The notes: generated from the sequence alone by a model not told the origin. A stretch of DNA of 64,000 bases from an uncultured Candidatus Saccharibacteria bacterium (GCA_946408075.1 CAMJQQ010000001.1:139790-203789), one strand, 5' to 3'. Numbered from the stretch's first letter, positions 1-8,987 are shown. Numbers and translations are program-made.

Positions 1-475
1 TTCCCGCCTTCGCAAAACTATTATTCTTGCGCGAAATATACTCGACGCCGTATTCGCCCGCCACCTTGCGCAGTTCTTCGCGGTGCCCGTCGTCGCAGAG
101 GTAAATATGCACCTTGCGCGGATCTGGATATTTCATTCTTGAGCACGCACGCATTGTCTTGCGTAATAATTCCTCGTCCTCATTCAGCGTTGCGATAAAA
201 ACGTCAACCTCCGGCAAATCATTTTCATCGACAACCGGAATCTTCGGCGAAACTTTGCGATAGCGTAAAATATTCCAAAAATACACGCAAAATTCGAGCG
301 TCTCAACCAGCTCGACGGCGAAAACTATCAACGCAAAGATGATATCAACGGCGCGCAGGCCCAGCGGCAGAGTAAAACAAGCGCGGTAAATAATGTAAGC
401 AATGGTCGTGAGTAGAGTAAAACTATAGAGAACAATCTTCAGCGGTCTCTCTGGTCGTGGCTTAAAATCAATCAT
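1..475 (-). CDS. Glycosyltransferase family 2, cellulose-synthase-like (N-terminal 158 aa only; the gene runs off the left edge)
   Basis: Absent from the ORF track because its 3' end lies outside the window. Reverse complement from the ATG at 475 reads MIDFKPRPERPLKIV.... Two TM helices are followed by DVFIATLNEDEELL...IYLCDDGHREEL...ISRKNNSFAKAG, the typical BcsA/GT2 N-terminal motifs. Confidence 0.7.
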   Translation of the reverse strand, partial: MIDFKPRPERPLKIVLYSFTLLTTIAYIIYRACFTLPLGLRAVDIIFALIVFAVELVETLEFCVYFWNILRYRKVSPKIPVVDENDLPEVDVFIATLNEDEELLRKTMRACSRMKYPDPRKVHIYLCDDGHREELRKVAGEYGVEYISRKNNSFAKAG

Positions 476-538
476 ACTATCTAGAATTATACGCTATAAA
501 AATAGACCACCTCAAGAAGTAGTCTATTATTTATCAGA

Positions 539-3500
539 TTAGCGCTTGCGGCGCCTGACGACGAAGGCTAAGAGAGCAGAGCTGACGCCCAATCCGCCGA
601 CGGATACTAAGATCTGATCGAGCGTGACTGGAATGAATGGAATCGGATAGTTTGGCTCTTCGCTCGGCATATACGGATCAATGTCGGTATCTGGCAAGCC
701 GCGCGTGTACTTATCGGTGTAGATAATATTCACCAGATGTACATCGCCCGACTCGTCGTCCGTGATAAACTCGAATTCGATTTCCGCAAAGTTTTCGTTG
801 CCGAAATCCAACTCATCAATCGGCACTGGCGTGTCCCAAATCGTACCGAACGCCGGACGGGCTGCCATCACGCTCGCCTGCTTCTCGAAGGTCAGATTTG
901 CGGAGCTGCTCGGATAAACCACGCCATCATATTCACCCCAATCGTCTGACTCGAGAATCATACCGTCGCGACGCATGCCGTAAACAATCAGGTCACTCTT
1001 GTCGAAGTCTTCGCCGTCATCTGTAAACTGCACGCGCGGCTTGTTCGAGGTCAAATATATCACCTCATCGAGCGGATAGAAAACGCCTTCATAATCATCA
1101 CGACCATCAAAGCCGGCGTAGGCCTCCGTCGGCGAAACGGAGTAGGCATAGATATCGGTGCCTTCCGGAATCGTCGGGCCAAATTCGTCGCCGACCGTAT
1201 CGTCGGGCGCGCGAGTCGGCATCGTATAGCCTCCAATGTTTTTATCTTCGACATAGGTGTTGCCCCAGATGAAGATGCGCTCCAACTTGTCATCGTTCGC
1301 AAAGGCCGCATTCTTCATGTCGGTAATCTTGTAATCAATCGTCGCCTCGACCAATTCGCCATCATCATAGAATGTTGCGCGCGGAATCGTTGCATTCGTG
1401 AATGTGCGCGGAACGTCAACCGTGCGCAGCTTTGGCATACCGCTAAATGCATAACCTTCCGAACCATCGAACAGAGCAGCGGTCAAATCGAATTCTTTGC
1501 TCGCATCGCCCATCGTCTCAAACGCGGTACCCTTGAACGCGCGCTGGCCAATCGTCACGACCTCTTCTTTGAGCTCTGGCGCCCAGTCAATCTTGCGCAA
1601 CTTTTCCGCATTCAAGAAGGCCTCCGTACCAATCGCGCGCATCGCCTTGTCGTCGCTCATGTCGACCCTCGTCAAATTTCGGCAATTTTCAAATGCGCCA
1701 TAAGAAATTCCAGGCAAATCCGTAATCGTCACCTTATTCATGCTCATATTCCAGAATTCCTGCTGACCCGCGCCGACGTTCGCGGCCAGGGCAGGGAGTG
1801 TTGCGGATTCAATAATCAGCTCATTTATCTTCGAGCCCCAGAAGAGCTGATGAATCAACTTGTTGTCGGTATTCGCAAAGCTTAAATCCGGCTTCAGCGT
1901 AACGGAATTATATTCAATGTCTTCCGGACCGGCGTTAAAAGCATCTTCGCCGATATGCGTGACCGATGCTGGAATCACAATGTCGTCCGTAATGTCGGCC
2001 GCATAGAATGCCGATTCATCAATATCGAGCAAGCCTTCGGGGAACTCGCTAATCTCCGCTTGTGCTTCTTGGAAAGCCTCAATGCCGATCGTCTTTAGGC
2101 TATCTGGCAAAACCACCTCGCCAACATCAGCCCGATAGAAAGCGTCTTCACCAATCGTTTCGAGCTCGTCAGGTAAGATAATCTGATCAATTTTCGCAGT
2201 CTGGAAAGTCGAAGGCGCAATCGTCTTCCAGTCCGTCGCACTTAAATCTACCTTCGCCGCCTCGAGTCCGTAGAAATAGGCGTAATCTTTGCCGCAATCC
2301 GTCGGATCGCCGCAGACTGATGATGCTTCAGTATAAGCATTGCCGTAAGTATCAAATCCGCCGAATGGCTCACCGGCATTCTCCGTGAAAGTAATCGTGC
2401 CTAGCTTGTGCTGGCCGTCGCCAAAACTCCAAACGAAAGTCCGGTGTGAATAATCAATCGAATATTGTGCAATGCTCGAATCATACAAATCGACATCGAT
2501 TGTTACATTATTCAAATTTGGCGTATCGAGCAGTACCTCTTCGTCCAACTGTTCAATCGTGCTCGGCAAAACTGCGTTATGAACATTGCTCTGATAGAAC
2601 GCCTGGCGCCCAATCGCCTTCAAATTCGGCAAATTGAGGTCGCCCGTAAAGCCTTTTTGTGCAAAGAAAGCATAGCTGCCAATTTCTTCGACCGTGCTCG
2701 GCAAGCTCTCGAGCGGAACCTTCTTCTTGTCCAAATCGAGCTCTGGATATTCTGGCGGCGTATGGTTCGAACTGGTATCATCGCTGACAATAGTGCCCCA
2801 AAATGCGTAATTACCAATCTTCTTCAAACCTTCCGGCAAGCTAATAGGATTCTCAATTTCCGCGCTCGTAAAGGCATAATCGCCAATCTCCGTAATCGTG
2901 CTCGGCAACTTCAGATTCTTAATCCTCGCACCATAGAAAGTACCGAGCGGAACTTTATTCCACTTCGTTGTGTCGGCCGAGAAGTTATCGACATAAATAC
3001 GGAAAAGATCCCAGTTACCAGCCGGCGGCGTCACGGATTTGCTCGAGAAGTAAAGATTCTTCAAGTGGTAGCGATATTTCATGCAGTTATTATTTTCCTT
3101 GAAGAGCCCATCCCTGACGTCCGGCCCAGACATGCCGTAATAGGTGTAGAGATTGCCGAGGAAGATATCATTCCAGCGACTGCCAAGAATTGCCTGGCCG
3201 TTCTTCTTGCCGAAAATATCGGTGTCAATGTTAATGTTTTGCAAATCGTAGTTACCAACGAACGCGCCATGCTCGATGCGCTCAATCGAATCATTGATCG
3301 TCAGTGATTTAATCTTCACGCCATAGAAGGCCGAAGGCCCAACGTAGCGCAGCTTCGGCAAATTCAAATGCGTAATTTCGAGGCCAGTATTAAATATGAA
3401 TGCCTGGGAGCCGATATACTCGATATTGGTCGGCAAATTCTCAAGGTCCAAATCTTCGCTATTCAATCTCCAGAGGAAAGCATTCGCGCCAATCCCTTTC

Positions 3501-5167
3501 AAAGTCGACGGCAGGCTCAGTTTCGTCGGTTCGGCGCCGCGCTCATCTTTACGCGTGATGCGATTGTAGCCGCTGCTGCCATAACCCATCGTGAGATATG
3601 GCGCACCAAAGGCCTGATAGCCGATAAACTCAAAACCTTCGCCGATATTAATTTCCTCCAGATATGGACCAAAATCCTCGAAATATTGTGGCGCGACGAT
3701 ATTTTTCGCACTCTGAATAATCGCCTCATCAATCGAGTTCTCGCTGCTAACCGAACTACGTTCTGGCGCGACATCATTTTCGTCATATGGCGCAACAAGA
3801 TTGAGCTTCTTGATGCTTGCCTCCGGATTCGGCGACAAATTATGTGCCGAAATATTGGCCGGGCCGTACGAAACGTAGCCACATCCGCCGCTAATCAGGA
3901 CAGAGAAAGGCATTGAAGAGTTCGACCAATCAGAATTAAAACCCTTTAGCGTCAGCGGATCGTAAGCGACCGTCACTTCTTCGAGTGGATTTGCCGCAAA
4001 AATCGCCGCGCTAACGTGCTTAATCGATTTTGGCAAATATATCTCCGTCAAATTGTTCTGCGCGAAGGCCATCATGTCGATAGAATCAATCTCTGCCAAG
4101 TCAATCGAATCAAGATGCGCATTGTAAAATGCAAGCGTTCCAATCTTGACATGTGTACCAGTGAAATCCAACGAGCCGAGATTCGTATTCGCAAAGGCTA
4201 AGTCCGTGATTTCTTCCAGTGCCGCGCCCATCGTCAGGCTCGTAATGCCGGAACCTTCGAAGGCGTACTGATCGATATGCTTGAGATTATTTGTATTTAG
4301 CGCCTGCGCCAACGCGGCCGTACCTCTAAAAGCGCCGCCATAAATCTTTTCTACGCCATCGCCGATCGTCAGACTTGTCAAACCCGCACAGCTACGACAA
4401 AAACCTTCTCCAACCTCGCTGGACTGAAAGATAATGCTTGTGACGTTTGTGTTTTCGAAGACCTGCCCACCGACGGTCTGGCTTGGCAAAATCGTAACTT
4501 CGCGATTCTGTGCATTGAGAGTAGCGTCCTTAAAGGCGCGCCAACCGAGATATTTAACCTTGTTTAGTCCATTAATCTTCAAACTGAGCCCCTCGAAAGC
4601 GCCCGCCTCGTACGAATAATCGTATCGGTAACCGTCACCGCAGCTACTCGCCGTGACGTTTTGATTGTCGGTAATTACGACGTCGTCGCCGAAACTCAAT
4701 TCGAGCTCGCCGCTATAAGAATCTAGGAGAGGTGCAAAGCTGCGAATTTGGAGCTTTGCTGCATTTGTCATGTCTATTTTTGCTAAACCATTAGGAATCG
4801 TGACCTCTGTTGGGTCGTCAAAGAGATTGTCGATAAAATATGTGTCGTAGTCGGCCAGTGACGGATCGCCAATTTTGCTGACTACCTCGCTGAATGACGG
4901 CACAACTAAGCTTGTCAGCCCAGCTGGCGCAGATTTAAAGCTAATTACTGGCGCCGTCGTCTCAATTAGCTCATTTTTGCCGCAGTAATCGTTCGGATTC
5001 GCCAAACGTGCACTCCGAATTGTTTTTACTTCGTATCCCCAGACGACACCATTGTCATCTGTAAAAGTGTTCGGCGATGCAGCATTCGCGCCTTGATAAA
5101 GTCCAAAGCACGCCAAAAAAGATGCCGCAAGAATGCCCAACTTCATTCTCTTGCTAAGCAAGTTCAT
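539..5167 (-). CDS. Giant surface protein with BspA-type leucine-rich repeats (1542 aa)
   Basis: Longest ORF in the window. It has an N-terminal signal peptide (MKLGILAASFLACFGLYQGANA) and many repeats of the pattern I..IG..AF....L..I.LP.SL..IG..AF (LRR_5/BspA style). The C-terminus is a TM helix plus an RRRKR tail. SD GGGAGAG lies upstream. Confidence 0.85.
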   Translation of the reverse strand: MNLLSKRMKLGILAASFLACFGLYQGANAASPNTFTDDNGVVWGYEVKTIRSARLANPNDYCGKNELIETTAPVISFKSAPAGLTSLVVPSFSEVVSKIGDPSLADYDTYFIDNLFDDPTEVTIPNGLAKIDMTNAAKLQIRSFAPLLDSYSGELELSFGDDVVITDNQNVTASSCGDGYRYDYSYEAGAFEGLSLKINGLNKVKYLGWRAFKDATLNAQNREVTILPSQTVGGQVFENTNVTSIIFQSSEVGEGFCRSCAGLTSLTIGDGVEKIYGGAFRGTAALAQALNTNNLKHIDQYAFEGSGITSLTMGAALEEITDLAFANTNLGSLDFTGTHVKIGTLAFYNAHLDSIDLAEIDSIDMMAFAQNNLTEIYLPKSIKHVSAAIFAANPLEEVTVAYDPLTLKGFNSDWSNSSMPFSVLISGGCGYVSYGPANISAHNLSPNPEASIKKLNLVAPYDENDVAPERSSVSSENSIDEAIIQSAKNIVAPQYFEDFGPYLEEINIGEGFEFIGYQAFGAPYLTMGYGSSGYNRITRKDERGAEPTKLSLPSTLKGIGANAFLWRLNSEDLDLENLPTNIEYIGSQAFIFNTGLEITHLNLPKLRYVGPSAFYGVKIKSLTINDSIERIEHGAFVGNYDLQNINIDTDIFGKKNGQAILGSRWNDIFLGNLYTYYGMSGPDVRDGLFKENNNCMKYRYHLKNLYFSSKSVTPPAGNWDLFRIYVDNFSADTTKWNKVPLGTFYGARIKNLKLPSTITEIGDYAFTSAEIENPISLPEGLKKIGNYAFWGTIVSDDTSSNHTPPEYPELDLDKKKVPLESLPSTVEEIGSYAFFAQKGFTGDLNLPNLKAIGRQAFYQSNVHNAVLPSTIEQLDEEVLLDTPNLNNVTIDVDLYDSSIAQYSIDYSHRTFVWSFGDGQHKLGTITFTENAGEPFGGFDTYGNAYTEASSVCGDPTDCGKDYAYFYGLEAAKVDLSATDWKTIAPSTFQTAKIDQIILPDELETIGEDAFYRADVGEVVLPDSLKTIGIEAFQEAQAEISEFPEGLLDIDESAFYAADITDDIVIPASVTHIGEDAFNAGPEDIEYNSVTLKPDLSFANTDNKLIHQLFWGSKINELIIESATLPALAANVGAGQQEFWNMSMNKVTITDLPGISYGAFENCRNLTRVDMSDDKAMRAIGTEAFLNAEKLRKIDWAPELKEEVVTIGQRAFKGTAFETMGDASKEFDLTAALFDGSEGYAFSGMPKLRTVDVPRTFTNATIPRATFYDDGELVEATIDYKITDMKNAAFANDDKLERIFIWGNTYVEDKNIGGYTMPTRAPDDTVGDEFGPTIPEGTDIYAYSVSPTEAYAGFDGRDDYEGVFYPLDEVIYLTSNKPRVQFTDDGEDFDKSDLIVYGMRRDGMILESDDWGEYDGVVYPSSSANLTFEKQASVMAARPAFGTIWDTPVPIDELDFGNENFAEIEFEFITDDESGDVHLVNIIYTDKYTRGLPDTDIDPYMPSEEPNYPIPFIPVTLDQILVSVGGLGVSSALLAFVVRRRKR

Positions 5168-5234
5168 GTTTGTATCTCTCCCAATTGGTTTTCTCTATCT
5201 CTATTTTAACACAAGCATTTTGCGCCGCGCTACA

Positions 5235-5263
5235 TTGACAAATAAGCATAACTGTGATATAAT
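5235..5263 (+). promoter_or_regulatory. Sigma70-type promoter (TTGACA - 17 bp - TGtgaTATAAT)
   Basis: TTGACA at 5235-5240, TATAAT at 5258-5263, 17-bp spacer. It lies upstream of the 5289 CDS, which has an AAGGGG SD. Confidence 0.6.
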
Positions 5264-5288
5264 AGTAAAATATTTAAAGGGGAATCAA

Positions 5289-5648
5289 ATGAAAAAGCTT
5301 GGCCTAGCATTAGGTGTCGGCCTAGTATTCTTGCTCGGTGTCGCCGCAAACAGCGTAAAACCAACCGAAAGTAATACGTCTATCAACAACGCAAAATCCG
5401 CTAATGACACTCCGACGACGGTTGAGGTGCCTAGGGTTCAAATCGTTCCGGCCGAACCAAAGCAAGAAAAAACTTGGAAATGTCATGACACGACCTCATA
5501 CAATCGCAATGATAACGACGACAACTACTGCGAAAGTAGTGATGGCGAAGGTAAATACGTTCCAGATTGGCAGGCTTGCCAGCTCGACCCGGATTACCAT
5601 CCAAGTCAACGCGGCGCCAGCTACTATAACAATAATTGCAATTACTAA
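5289..5648 (+). CDS. Small secreted Cys-containing protein (119 aa), unknown function
   Basis: Internal ATG of track ORF 5133..5648, preceded by an SD and a consensus promoter. It has a signal peptide (MKKLGLALGVGLVFLLGVAA) and 4 Cys in an Asn/Asp-rich C-terminal half. A hairpin plus T-run follows the stop codon. Confidence 0.6.
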   Translation: MKKLGLALGVGLVFLLGVAANSVKPTESNTSINNAKSANDTPTTVEVPRVQIVPAEPKQEKTWKCHDTTSYNRNDNDDNYCESSDGEGKYVPDWQACQLDPDYHPSQRGASYYNNNCNY

Positions 5649-5778
5649 AACTAAAGAGCCCTCCGCGGCTCTTTTTTGTTGCTTTTTCCGCAGCTTCGCA
5701 GCACGCCTTATCTTGCTCTTCGCACCCTCCCAAAAAACAACGCCCCGCGCCCCCGTATGTATTGTAATATTTACAACA

Positions 5779-5826
5779 TCGCTAGATATAGCGTAAAAAT
5801 CTGCATTGACACGCTATATATAGCGT
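5779..5826 (+). promoter_or_regulatory. Tandem NrdR-box-like palindromes overlapping a promoter
   Basis: Box 1 is TCGCTAGATATAGCGT (5779-5794). Box 2 is ACGCTATATATAGCGT (5811-5826), a perfect 16-bp palindrome. They match at 14/16 positions and their centres are 32 bp apart. Box 2 fills the spacer between TTGACA (5806-5811) and TATAAT (5828-5833). Confidence 0.6.
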
Positions 5827-5865
5827 TTATAATAAAAGCATAACCGCTATAAAACAAAGGGCAAC

Positions 5866-6300
5866 ATGAAAAACATTCTTTACTTTCAACCAAGCGACGC
5901 GACGAAATTTGACATTGAGCGATATGCGAAGTCGCTGAATCAATACGCAAAAATCTCGTCCGACGAAATCGAAAAGGCACTCAAACAGTTTGACTGCTTT
6001 GAGAATTTGCATGTCAGCCGCCTCGTGGAGTTAGGCGCTGCACTGATTGCGAAAAACGCCAATGAAGACAAAGCTAAAGAGTATTTTGAGTCGCACGACC
6101 AATACTTTGGTGGCAAATTTGAACGCCTTCGCCGCATCACGGGCTATCTAGTCGGCACGCTCGATCGCTGGAACGACGGCAAGAAAGCCGAGGAAAAGGC
6201 TCGCGTCAAACACTCCATCAACTCCGCCATTGACGACGCAGAACGCGCCGCCCGCCTTCAAGAGCAAGCTATCGCACATACGGTCGCCTACGCCGCCTAA
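5866..6300 (+). CDS. Stand-alone protein with a NrdD-type C-terminal glycyl-radical motif (144 aa)
   Basis: RRITGYLVGTLDRWNDGKKAEEKARVKH matches the C-terminal glycyl-radical signature of class III ribonucleotide reductase (R-[VI]-x-G-Y...W/F-N-x-G-K..E...R-V-x-H). There is no catalytic barrel and no Cys4 zinc site. The gene is preceded by NrdR-like boxes. Confidence 0.6.
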   Translation: MKNILYFQPSDATKFDIERYAKSLNQYAKISSDEIEKALKQFDCFENLHVSRLVELGAALIAKNANEDKAKEYFESHDQYFGGKFERLRRITGYLVGTLDRWNDGKKAEEKARVKHSINSAIDDAERAARLQEQAIAHTVAYAA

Positions 6301-6315
6301 AATCGCCCAACAAAA

Positions 6316-6335
6316 ATATGCCCCGCAGGGCATAT
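6316..6335. terminator. Bidirectional intrinsic terminator
   Basis: ATATGCCC-cgca-GGGCATAT is flanked by an A-run and a T-run. It sits between the convergent 5866..6300 (+) and 6339..8987 (-) genes. Confidence 0.7.
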
Positions 6336-6338
6336 TTT

Positions 6339-8987
6339 TTAATTCTCGACCACTACGCAAAGTGGCGTTAGCTGACGAGCCTGACCGAGTGGATTATCGG
6401 CAAACTTCGAAGCGAGCAATTCAGTCTCCTCTTCGCACGCTTTACCTAAGATGTTGCGACCAAGGTCATTCGAATCGATAATTACAACGCCTTCGAAATT
6501 GTCGCGCATCTTCTTCGGCAACTTGTCGCACTGCTCAATGAGCGAACGCAAATGCTCGGCGACTACGTCTGGATCCTTTGGTGGCAGCTTCGCGGAGACG
6601 TTTGCTGGATAGGCGGAGTATGAGGTCGGCCCATCGATTGCGCGCACATCTGCGCCAGCGGTATTATAGAAAACGCCCTTCTTACCAACTAGTTTCCCGG
6701 CGAAACCGGCCGCAGCAGCAAACCAAATGCGCGGTGCGCCGGCTTCTTGTATCGCCAACTGCATCGTAGCTGGATGACCAAGACCGATACCGGCCGGCGT
6801 CCTAATGACGAAGCGGCTCAAAATCTTTGCTGAAAGGCTCGGCTTCACATCCCAGATGAAGTATGAGCGACCCTGCATTGTAGCAATAATCTTCTCGCTG
6901 ATATAGAGCTGCCACTTCTTGCCATCGGCCTTCTTTGGCATATTCTTCGAGAACGCCACCAAATAATGCTCAATGAAGCTATCCATATCCGTATCGCGAC
7001 TCACGAGTTCAGTGCGCATTGGGTAGCGCGTGTAAACCTTGTGATTTACCTCGGAAGTAATGTCGGCATTTTTCTCGTTGTTCGGACCGTAGCCGAGCTC
7101 TTCTGGTTTTACGGTCTCTTTCTCGTCCTTCTTGTCGAAGAATTCGCGCAGCCACAACTCGACGTTAATAATGCGCCAGAAAGTCATCGAGCCAAAGCTG
7201 CTCTTATCTTTCTCGTTGAGCTTAAATTCGCGCAAGACCGCCATCTGGTCAAAGTATTTGCGATGTGCAAACTCATCAGAAACCAAAATCTTTTCCAAAT
7301 CCTTGTGAATCGAGCGGAACCAGTCAATCTGTGGCGTTGTAAAGCCAATTTTGTTACGACGCGCGCGAATCTTTTCCGGTAACAGGCCCTTCATACTGTC
7401 GCGCAAAATGCGTTTGTTCCAACCCTCGTGAATAATTGAATCGTCGTCGTAAGCGAACTGGAACTTCAAAAGCTCCTTGTCGATGAATGGCACGCGACCT
7501 TCAAGACCGAAATGCATCGTGTTGCGATCTTCGTAGCGGAGCAGGGAAGGCAAGCTTTGTTCAAAAATATCGTCAAGCAAGCGCATCTTGAGGTTATTGT
7601 ATTTAACCTTCATCTTTTCGTCGCCGTACTTGTTCGCAAACTCAGGATTCAAAAGCTCATTAATCGGTTTCGGCTTCTTCTGATTAATGCGACCGCGAAT
7701 TAGCTTGCGCATAATATCCATCGATTTAGACGTCTCGGCAGCCAAGCGCTTGTACTGCTTGCGAGATTTCAACTGATTTAGATAAACGCGATAGTATGGG
7801 TCGTAACCAGCCATCATCTCATCGGCACCCTGGCCATCAAGCAAAACAGTAATATACTTGCTAGCTTCGCGCATTACGGCGTACTGCGCATATGGGCCAG
7901 TACTGATTACCGGCTCTTCCTGTGTACGGACGAAGTCGGTCAAATCCTCAAGGAAACTCTGCGTTGTCGGTTTAATCTTGTGCGCCTTAATTTTGCCATG
8001 ATACTTATCAATCAAAGCGTCGACGTAAGCCTCTTCATCGTTACTCTCATTTGGGAACACGGCAGAGAAAGTATTCTGGCGCGAGCCAACCGTACTCATT
8101 TCTGCGCTATGCTTCTCGTCTTCGAGGTTCTTTGCAATCAATGCGGCAACCGAAGAGGAATCAAGGCCACCAGAAAGGGAAGTACCAACCGGAACTTCGC
8201 CTACGAGGCGCATACGCACGGCCTTATCGAGGCGCTTGCGGTATTCCTTGGCGACATCTTCGCTGTATTCCTTAGGATTCTTGGCCAATTCTTCCAGCTC
8301 TTGGCGCAACTTCGTAAACATCTTGCGCTTGGCACCCTTCTTCGAAATTGTCATCATTTCGCCAGGCATCAAGTGATAAATATTCGTAAAGAAAGTCTCG
8401 CGCTCATCGTCTTGGACGCGGAACTTCAAATAGCGGAAAATAATGCGATCGTTCGGCTCGGTCTTAACCTTGTCGGAGGCGAGCAAGGTTTTAATCTCGG
8501 ACGCGAACAACAATTTGCCGTCTTCTTGGTAGTAATAAACTGGTTTAATACCAAAATGATCGCGCGCTAAAGTAACTTCGCCATTCTTGCGGTCCAAAAT
8601 CGCCAAACCAAACATACCGTTCATCTTGTCGAAAGCTTTGTAGCCCCAATGAATGAAGGCTTCGAGCACGACCTCGGTGTCGGATTCAGTCTTAAACTTG
8701 AGTTTTGGGTTCTCGGCGAGCAGCTCCTCGCGCAATTCTTTATAGTTATAAACTTCGCCATTGTAGACGATTTCGTAGTTGCTGTCGTTGGCGGACTTCA
8801 TTGGCTGTGCGCCAGAAGCGATATCGATAATTGCCAGGCGACGATGAGCGAGGCCGACTTTTACTCCGTTCTTATCAAAAACAACTTTACCCTCACCATT
8901 CGGGCCGCGATGCGCCATGGCATCATTCATCTTATCTAGAATTTTCTCTGCGTCATCATAGCCGAAACAACCAGCAATTCCGCACAT
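6339..8987 (-). CDS. Asparagine-synthetase-family glutamine amidotransferase fused to a C-terminal CofE/F420-0:gamma-glutamyl-ligase-like domain (882 aa)
   Basis: The N-terminus MCGIAG supplies the Ntn Cys2 nucleophile, and the PP-loop SLSGGLDSS is present. The AsnB-like body ends near aa 615 (WRIINVELWLREFF). The C-terminal ~245 aa shows CofE-like blocks: YISEKIIATMQGR, LPPKDPDVVAEHLRSLIEQ, GVVIIDSNDLGR and ADNPLGQARQLTPLCVVV. SD GGAGGA and a TGATATAAT promoter lie upstream. Confidence 0.65.
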   Translation of the reverse strand: MCGIAGCFGYDDAEKILDKMNDAMAHRGPNGEGKVVFDKNGVKVGLAHRRLAIIDIASGAQPMKSANDSNYEIVYNGEVYNYKELREELLAENPKLKFKTESDTEVVLEAFIHWGYKAFDKMNGMFGLAILDRKNGEVTLARDHFGIKPVYYYQEDGKLLFASEIKTLLASDKVKTEPNDRIIFRYLKFRVQDDERETFFTNIYHLMPGEMMTISKKGAKRKMFTKLRQELEELAKNPKEYSEDVAKEYRKRLDKAVRMRLVGEVPVGTSLSGGLDSSSVAALIAKNLEDEKHSAEMSTVGSRQNTFSAVFPNESNDEEAYVDALIDKYHGKIKAHKIKPTTQSFLEDLTDFVRTQEEPVISTGPYAQYAVMREASKYITVLLDGQGADEMMAGYDPYYRVYLNQLKSRKQYKRLAAETSKSMDIMRKLIRGRINQKKPKPINELLNPEFANKYGDEKMKVKYNNLKMRLLDDIFEQSLPSLLRYEDRNTMHFGLEGRVPFIDKELLKFQFAYDDDSIIHEGWNKRILRDSMKGLLPEKIRARRNKIGFTTPQIDWFRSIHKDLEKILVSDEFAHRKYFDQMAVLREFKLNEKDKSSFGSMTFWRIINVELWLREFFDKKDEKETVKPEELGYGPNNEKNADITSEVNHKVYTRYPMRTELVSRDTDMDSFIEHYLVAFSKNMPKKADGKKWQLYISEKIIATMQGRSYFIWDVKPSLSAKILSRFVIRTPAGIGLGHPATMQLAIQEAGAPRIWFAAAAGFAGKLVGKKGVFYNTAGADVRAIDGPTSYSAYPANVSAKLPPKDPDVVAEHLRSLIEQCDKLPKKMRDNFEGVVIIDSNDLGRNILGKACEEETELLASKFADNPLGQARQLTPLCVVVEN

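Noticed and set aside
5404-5796. ORFs 5404..5796 (+) and 5431..5733 (-), which overlap the 3' end of the small secreted protein gene and the spacer beyond it.
   Set aside because: They overlap a better-supported CDS and its terminator, have no start signals, and give low-complexity translations.
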